Below, piece by piece: positions 54,211 to 64,000 of a stretch of DNA of 64,000 nucleotides. Source of the stretch: the human T2T-CHM13v2.0 reference genome, Homo sapiens; the NCBI RefSeq assembly GCF_009914755.1, contig NC_060931.1; one strand, 5' to 3'. The first letter of the stretch is position 1; each line of letters begins with the position of its first letter. The notes beneath the pieces are model-generated. The model ran no database searches, was not told the DNA's origin, and saw only the letters and a list, made by a program, of their open reading frames with translations. A program made the position numbers and the translations under genes.

Positions 54211-54425
54211 ATTGGTTAAGAAGATGTGCTTTGTGGCCAGTGTTCTGGGTGGAAGCTGTGCCACTTAACTCCTCAGGCAAGTCCCTTAATTTCTTCATCT
54301 GTAAAATGAGGACAAGTCCTTGTAGAATTAGGGTAAGAACTAAATAAGTGTTTGAATAAATAAATGTTCGGCACAGGGTCTGGTGCATAGTAAGTGTTCA
54401 ATAAATATTAGCTGTTATTATGTTT
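54211..54425 (+). mobile_element. MIR
   Basis: TTCTTCATCTGTAAAATGAGG ... TGGTGCATAGTAAGTGTTCAATAAATATTAGCTG. Confidence 0.8.
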
Positions 54426-55391
54426 TAATGTGATTAGACACTGACGCATAATCTTATTCTTCCACACTTCCCTGTCCCCCATTACAAGTTAGAATAATAC
54501 ATCTTGTTCCTGAATAAGACTGGAAAGTAATCCACTTTGGTATGGCCATGACTACCAAAAGATTTCAGAAAAATATTAAATAGCAAGAGTTGACAATCAT
54601 TTTGCATCAAGCTCTAACCTCTAGAAGGTCTATTTCCCATGATTTAAGTAAAAGCAAGTACATTATCTTAAAACCACTTTAGCAGAAAAAGTTAATTAGG
54701 CAGAGAGTTGATGTGACTCACAATAATTCTGATAAAGTTACATAGGCTCAGGCAACAGGAGCTGAAATGAATCACGGCTTGTAGAGCTCCCTCACTGTGG
54801 TGAAAGCAACCAACTGGAAGTTAAGTACCTTGGGTAGAATCTTGTGCTTTGATTCAAGAATTTCCAGTTTTTTAAGCTGCTCATTAGTGTCATCTGAGGC
54901 GTCTTTGAGGGATCAAGTTACAGAATAATCACTGGAAGGAACAAAGATTAGAGTGCCTTAAGGGTAAAAAGAGAAAGGGAGGATGATGGAGGGGAAGAAA
55001 TGAAGGGAAGGGTCAGCTCCTAGCACAGGCGGCGTGGTTATACTGCCCTCAACCAGATGCTGACCTGGCGCAGATCACCAAATGCTACAACATGTGAGAA
55101 ACACAAGGTAATGATCCTTGTTTTCCAAGCTTCTAGGCTTTGGGTTAAAATAAGAAGGCAAGAAACAGAATTCTAAGTACCTGGGTCAGCCAACAAAATA
55201 ATAATAGCTACCATCTCATGAATTCATACAATAAATGAGCCAGGCAGTCTGCTAAATAATTTGTGTGCATTACCCAATCCAGTTACATAGGGTTTCTTAG
55301 CTCCATTTTACAGATGGGAAATTGAGGATTAGGAAAATCAAATAACTTTCTACAACTTACACAGCTAGTGAGCATAAAAGCTGTAATTTTT

Positions 55392-55727
<336 letters not shown>

Positions 55728-56464
55728 TAAAGTTTTAAACTAGACAATACATGCACACATTACTAAACTCAAAAGGTCTCTAGTGAAAAATAAGCAAATC
55801 TCCTTTTCTCTCTCCATGGAGGAAGTCGCTACTACTAGTTTCTCTTGGATTCATCCAAAGAAATTCCATGCATTAACAAACATGTGTGTACATGTTCTTT
55901 CACTCACAAATGGTAGCAAAATACACTGTCCTGTAACTTGTTTCTCCCCCTCAAACTTTAGTAAGATTTTTAAGAGACCTTTCCGCGTCTGCATATGTAA
56001 AGCTGAAACTTGATTCCGACTACCCAGCACCAAAACTGTGCTGATAACCATTTTGCTATATCACCTCTGGGCACCCCCAACCTTTTTGCTACATCACCTC
56101 TGGACGCCTGTGGGGAGGTTAACAGAAGGCACTGGTGCTAAACTCAGGGTATGAGCTTCAAGGGGGAGTTCTCATTGAGCTGCTGCTCTTCTTAGGGCAT
56201 GGAGGTAAACCCAAAGAGGGACGAGACCTAGTCCTTCCCCTCCATTCATTTGGAGTTAAGACGCGTAGGCCTAATTTCAGTCATGAAAGCAGAGAGTTGC
56301 ACAGTACAGTGTCCATGGGGTTCAGGGAAAGAAATCTTGGAAGGTGAGAACTGTTCAGAAAGGAAGTTGGGAAGCCCGGGTGGAAAAGGAATGGCATGAG
56401 GAAAGGAAAGCCAGTAGCTGGGGGATGTGTTTGGAGGACCCATGAGGAAGATGTAGCCAGGTCA

Positions 56465-56967
<503 letters not shown>

Positions 56968-57348
56968 CTACAAATAGCAGAAAGATTCTCAGGTTTTTGT
57001 CCACTTTTAAAATGTTAAGGGTGGCTCTGCTGCTATTAGGGAAGTAGGTCACAGCTACAGGTATTTTCAGAGGGTTTGTGTCTCGCCCACCCCCCAGGGC
57101 CAGTGGGGAGGTTAGAAAATCCACTTGAAACGCTTTCAACTACTCTTCCAGGGGCTGAGAACCCCCACCCTGTCCCAGGCATTCTGAAAGTGTATGAGAC
57201 GGGAAGCAGCATATTTTGAAAATAATTCCACATCTACTTCTAAAAAGTCTACCCTAATGTCACCCTTCTTCACTAGCAGAGAGGTGTGCTTTCCAGAGTG
57301 GACAAGAAAGTATATTATCAGCTGGATTCTATAGATGGATTAGGAAGA

Positions 57349-57800
57349 TGCTGTATGGTAAACGCACCTGAGAGCAATAACTTCAGCATACCCTGAGGAT
57401 GGCCCTGTATTGCAGACGCACCTGAATGTGTGCTCTGAACTAGGGAATCCGGGCGTGGCCAAGCCAGAGATTCATTCCTTGTCTTTGAGGAACATCTGAG
57501 CCTTCAGCCTCTCCCATGGAACACTGGCTGTGCAGGGACTGAAGCCCTGAGTTTGGGGTTAGATGAAGGTTGCCAGGTGGAGGTCCTCGGGGGTAGGGTG
57601 TTGAGTGAAATGGTATATACGCTACAAGCTGTTTGCAAGCGGCAGTGGTTTTCCTGCACAGCCCGCTGCCACTGGACTCTCTCCCCTGTATGTAATCCCT
57701 TAATAAAACCCCGTGTCTCATTTGCTGGCTCTGGGTCTCTTCTTTGGCCTCTTGAGCCTGGTGCCTTCCCTACTGAGGTTAATAGGGGTTTGGCACAACA
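57349..57800 (+). mobile_element. LTR47-family solo LTR (ERVL)
   Basis: GCACCTGAGAGCAATAACTTCAGCATACCCTGAG ... CTAGGGAATCCGGG ... AATAAAACCCC ... GGCACAACA. Confidence 0.75.
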
Positions 57801-57974
57801 ATGGAAGACCCTGAAGTCATTTGAAAATGATGAGGGGTAGACCTACAGCTTCCATCACATTCTCTACAGAGACTCTAGATTTGGATTTTGCACCTAAAGA
57901 CTGTCTTCTTGATGAAATAGAAAATGTCAAAGCACAAACATATGATGGATATATTTGTTCACTGGGCATATATA

Positions 57975-58367
<393 letters not shown>

Positions 58368-60189
58368 TAAACTAAGTCATGGTCCAGAAAGTTTTAAATC
58401 TGCTGCTCTAGAATATGTTACTCCCCAGAATATAGCAATCTAGTCCTGAAAAATCCAAGCGACTAGATCATGCCCAGGTTTGCAAATCACATATTCAAGG
58501 GAAACTGAACTTCATTCAGGAAGCCACACATGACGAAGGCTGACAATTGAAGGGAAAGGAGCCATTGGCGACTGAGGCCACTGAGGGAGTGCATGGGAAC
58601 ACCAGGCTTCAGGACTGAGCAACTGGGAGCAGGCACTGGCAACCCAGGCTAGACAAGCCAGAGCTAAATGGCATCTGCTGCCTCTTTCTGTGAAGCTGCT
58701 GTTCTGAGCCAACAGTCAATGGGGCCTCATCTAGCTCACGGGCAGCTGTAGTTGATTTGAGTTTGACACAGGTGGGCCAGCCTCTCCGGGCCTCCGACTT
58801 CAGTATGCTGGATACTTCACCTGGATACTTGTCAAACATCTGGGTTCCTGGTCCTGGCTCCAGAAATTCTGACTCAGTTGGGAAGGGGAGAGAAGGAGAT
58901 GGTAGAGTTCACAACCAACCCACACTTGGAAATCACTGGAAAAAAACAAAGCATTCCATTTCCCTGATGGCAACTAGGGCAGTTTCCATCTCTCAGCAAG
59001 TATGTATTAGGCAAGCATATGGGACTAGGAGTGTGCTAGGCGCTGCCAGGAATGTTTTGGATTTTTTAAAAATATATCTTAGGGCCTTCTGTTAAGGAGC
59101 ATATAAGTGAGCTGTGTGATATGCTTGCATGTGTGTAATTTAATTACGAAAGGGCAGGAAAATAGGGAAATAAAAGGGGGAGATGACAAATAGATAAAGG
59201 TACACACGTCCCTTTTTCTCTCATAACGTTTGGGGAGCAAAATCATGTTCTCTTCTATTCATCTAAAATAACAAAAAGGGTAGTGATGTGAATGAGGCCA
59301 GGGAGTTCCTCAGAGGCCCTTCCTTAAACAGAAGGTGATTAACTAATAGTCACAGAACAAGCATGTGGAGTGCAGGTCCAGACAAGCAGATCCCATATCC
59401 AGGCCTGCTGGGAACAAGAACAGAGAGAGGACCCATCTCTGCCTGGCTAATGTGTGACTTAAAGCATCGTTAGTTCTTTTGACAAATATTAAGATGGAGA
59501 ACTGAACTTCAGCGCTCATTATGCAGCAGAGATTAAAGCCCAGATGTGGTCAATTATGTGCTCAAGGCCACACAGATGGAGCCAAGACTTGAACTTAAAG
59601 CCCCTTTGATGACCATATTTGACCTACACTGTTTTTTCAAGATATGAATAGCTAGCTGGCCACATATACAAAAATAAACAAAGCTAAGACCAGCACCTAC
59701 AGTACAGTATTACCTGGAACATGGTAGGCACTCAATAAATATTTGTCAGATGAATTAATGTGCCATTTAAAAGATACACAATATTGGGTCAGACGGCTGT
59801 GAAAGCCTTCGTCCAGCACCTGATGGCTTCCCCACAAACATGCCTAATAATCAAACAAGCTGCACTGATCCCTTTTTTATGTTCCCAGAACAATAATAAT
59901 AGCTAACACTGTTAAACACTTACTAGGGGCCAGACACTTGCTTTACACATGTTGACTTAATCTTTATAACAATCCTATGAAACAGGAACTATGATCATCA
60001 CCATTTCACAGAAGAGGAAACTGAGGCACAGAGAGGTTAAAGCAGCACAGAGCCTTACTTCACAATGCTTATAAGAAAAATTCTAGGACAATTAAATTCT
60101 AACTGATGGGTGCAGCATGGGATTTATTATCCAAATAGGAATTTGGTTGTATTAAAGCAATAGGAATTAGCCTGTGGGAAAAATCATCC

Positions 60190-60630
60190 TAGGCTGTAGA
60201 ATTAGAGAAAAGGTCACAGTGGAGGTGGGATTTAAGCTACTTCTGAAGATAGAGGCCAGACTGAAGGATAAGGGAAACGGCATAAACAAAGGCCTGGGGC
60301 CAAAATATAGAAGGTGTGCCCAGAGACCTTCTGCCTGGAATGGAAACTGTGCCTCAGGGATTAGCAAGACGTAAATTTGGATACTGTGGGGTAGAGTCGG
60401 AGTACAGAGGACTTAGACACAGGCTAGGGAGCTTGGTTGGTTGTTTAAGAAGCCTGTCTGGTTTCTTGACTAGGAAATAGCCCAACAAGAAGTGAACTTA
60501 AGGGGCATTAGCTTGGCCAACAGCCTGTAAGAACAGTGGGAGAGGGCAGCGGCTTGAAGGCCTGGAGACCAATATGGCAGAGGCTGCATTAATCCAGGCC
60601 TGGAGACAACAGAAATGGAGAAAAGACACA
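60190..60630 (-). mobile_element. L2 relic
   Basis: GGAAACGGCATAAACAAAGGCCTGGGG ... GAGGCTGCATTAATCCAGG. Confidence 0.6.
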
Positions 60631-60983
60631 GCTGTGAGAATATGTTATTAAAAATTCAGTAGCCATGCTGAGTACCTCCTCTGGGCCAGGCCAGTTGGGG
60701 CTATGAGCTCACTAGTTGGGGCTATGAGGTAAGTGTACCTACAAGGTAACCTCGAGACCAAGCCTGTGAGCTTACCTCGCTGCATCCTCACCGCAAACCT
60801 GGGAGAAGGGGTGTTATTGTCCCCATCCTAAAGAAAAGAAAACCAAGGCCCCAACTTCACCCACCTATGCTTCCAATGACATAAACAGGCTCTGGCAATG
60901 CATTGGATGCCTCAATTTCTTATCAAGAATAGCTCCTTTTTGCTTCTTCAAAGCCATTTGAGGTCAGGGAGGTAGTTGGAGGT

Positions 60984-61336
60984 TGATATGGTTTGGCTGT
61001 GTCCCCACCCAAATCTCAACTTGAATTGTTTCTCCCAGAATTCCCACGTGTTGTGGGAGGGACCCAGGGGGAAGTAACTGAATCATGGGGGCTGGTCTTT
61101 CCTGTGCTGTTCTTGTGATAGTGAGTAAGTCTCATGAGATCTGATGGGTTTATCAGGGTTTCCGCTTTGGCTTCTTCCTCATTTTTCTCTTGCTGCCACC
61201 ACGTAAAAAGTGACTTTCACCTCCACCACGATTCTGAGGCCTCCCCAGCCATGTGGAACTATAAGCACAATTAAACCTCTTTTTATTCCCAGTTTCAGGT
61301 GTGCCTTTATCAGCAGCGCAAAAACGAACTGATATA
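60984..61336 (+). mobile_element. THE1A-like solo LTR (ERVL-MaLR)
   Basis: TGATATGGTTTGGCTGTGTCCCCACCCAAATCTC ...; perfect 5-bp TSD GAGGT at 60979-60983 and 61337-61341. Confidence 0.92.
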
Positions 61337-61609
61337 GAGGTGATGAATTCTGTTTGGTGTTTATTGTGTCTGAGCTAACAGAAGGACACGCTGGTTCAGG
61401 GAGTTGAGAATCCTAGCCAGCATTCTCACAGCATCATCTCTGAGATTAGAGGAGCCTGCCCAACTGAGAGATAGTGACTGTGGCTAGGAAGGCTCTGTGA
61501 GAAGGGAAGAAACTGGCCCTTATCGACCATCCTTGACCTTTGCATCTCAAATCTCATTTAATCCATATAAAATGGGTATTGCTTAGGCCCTTTGAAAGCT
61601 AACATGCTG

Positions 61610-62128
<519 letters not shown>

Positions 62129-62855
62129 TTAAGTAGCTAGCCCACAGAGAAACTGGGCTAGACCCCAGCCAGACACTTCCTACCCGAGAAGCCATACACA
62201 GCAGGGTGCGGTTTGGCTCGTCTAGGAATAAGTGAGCCCTTCTCACGGAACTGCTCTTGAGTTGAGGGCCCTTTTGCCACAAGCTGTGGGTTGAAAGGTG
62301 TAGGCAAAAGTTCACCTTTTAATCCACAGCTTGGTGATCCTTTTCTGAAAGAATTCTGGCTCTTCAATGCAGGTATAGTCAAGAAAAGAAAGTAGTCAAG
62401 AAAAGTCTTACCAAAGCAACATAGCTTAGTAAATTGCATATGTACATTTTCTTCTCTTTTATGAACATTCTTATTCCATGATTAGACAACAGCTCTTTAA
62501 AAATCGAGACAGCAAAAACGGTGACAGATTTGTCCCTGTCTTGCAAATACGACCCTTTCAGGGGTCTTTGTAAGTTGTGGAAAAGTAAGTCTGCCAATCC
62601 ACCAGCAGATGTCTCTGTTTTGCCTAAATGAATAGGGCTCCCTCTGTTCTCAGCCACTCCATTTCAGATCCAATTAAACAAAACCCTTTCTCCGATTGTC
62701 CCCAGAGATCCCAACATGCTTAAAAGCAAAGAATTTTCTTCCTCCTTAATTTTTAAAATGGAGAAATGTAATGGAATAGTTTCTCATTCTCCTAAAAATC
62801 AGCATTCAAGTCTCATATACCCATTTCTTGTAAATCTTATAAAACCAAGCTTATA

Positions 62856-63078
62856 CTGGTAGTTGCCAGGGGCTGGAGGAAGAAAGGAATGGAGAGTTAT
62901 TATTTAATGGATACGGAGTTTCCGTTTTATAAGATGAAAAGAGTAGAGATTGATGGTGGTGACAGTTGCACAATATTATAAATGTATTTACTACCACTAA
63001 CCGTACACTAGAAATGGATAAGATGGTAAATTTTACGTTTGTGTATTTTATCACAATAAAAAAAAATTGAGGGAGAAA
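62856..63078 (+). mobile_element. L1MB-like 3' end
   Basis: GGTAGTTGCCAGGGGCTGG ... TTTTATCACAATAAAAA; TSD AAA(A/G)CCAA(G/C)CTTATAC. Confidence 0.8.
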
Positions 63079-64000
63079 AAAGCCAACCTTATACCAAAGA
63101 ATATATTACCCTCAACTTTAGTCCTTACTGTAAATTCCACTCATGAATTGGCAAAATTAGCTTAAGGAAAGTAGATTTCGATAAAAGTTTAAATTCTGTG
63201 CTCTCAAAGTAAAAGTTTATTAGTGGACCACCTTTTGTGAATAAATAAGTCCATCTTGAGTGGAGATGGAACATCTCCTTTTGGAAGATTTTGTGATAGA
63301 AGAGATGCTGAAAAAGAATTTAACCTCGTGATGGAAGTCATTTTTCATTTAAAGTATCTCTACCGTGTATGATCCAGAGGCTCTGTTACTTTCTTCCTGT
63401 TATGCCTTTTCCCCTCAATAACTCTAAATTTAAAAATTAAGTAGAAAATACTAATTAATATTTGCTGAGTTTTTTTCTCCCTAAGCAAATTAGAGCCCCG
63501 TTTTCAGTCAATCCATGTGACCCTTGAGAAATGCCTCCCCTGTGTCAAAGCATGCCTGGTCCTGTAGGAACCCTTTTCAGCCAGCAGGACCCTCAGGAGA
63601 CAGGGAAACCTTCTTGTCTAGAACCTCCAAACAGGAAGTGCCAAAAACTAAAACCTTGCCCGAGGCAAAGTGTTCTTGTCAAGATTCAGGTTTCTATGGC
63701 CACACCTTTTTACATCCTGACCACTAAGCCAAACTCATCGATTTCTATTTCACACTCAAAAACACACGTACACATGAAAAGGAGCACTTTAGGAATAGAC
63801 TGACCCTAAGAGAAATAAAACCTCAAGAACTTCCAGTAAATTTATTCAGAAGATCTCAATATTGCACTTAAAATTCTATTTCAGTTCAACGAATCAACTT
63901 ACATTGAAAAATGCATTTTCAAATGGAGGGCACATTAGGGATCTCAGCCCAAACATAGCTTGGGTGTTTTTCCAGCTGAATGTTGGCCTGACTCTCATAC

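Overview
Primate (human-like) genomic DNA, repeat-rich and apparently intergenic or deep intronic. I can support no protein-coding exon; the listed ORFs are best explained as Alu, L1, LTR or chance frames. The window opens inside a minus-strand HERV-H provirus: 5' LTR7 at 839-1279, tRNA-His primer-binding site, major splice donor and leader repeats. The rest is a mosaic of about 30 Alus, L1/L2/L3/MIR relics, solo LTRs (MER4, MLT1, MST, THE1, LTR16, LTR33, MER39, LTR47) and DNA transposons (MER20, MER44, MER58, MADE1). The main non-routine signals are: (1) a TSD-flanked, poly(A)-tailed, CpG-retaining retrocopy of a snaR/CAS-type Pol III small RNA at 18935-19042; (2) an LTR7 carrying the SOX-motif block associated with pluripotency-active copies; (3) a near-perfect MADE1 hairpin containing miR-548-type sequences; (4) a textbook recursive-splice-like Y-tract-CAG|GTAAGT site; (5) tailless 5'-end retrocopies (L1PBa 5'UTR, 5S rRNA); (6) a composite templated insertion inside a MER20. 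Repeat family names come from recalled consensus sequences, not from a database search, and boundaries of old repeats are approximate.
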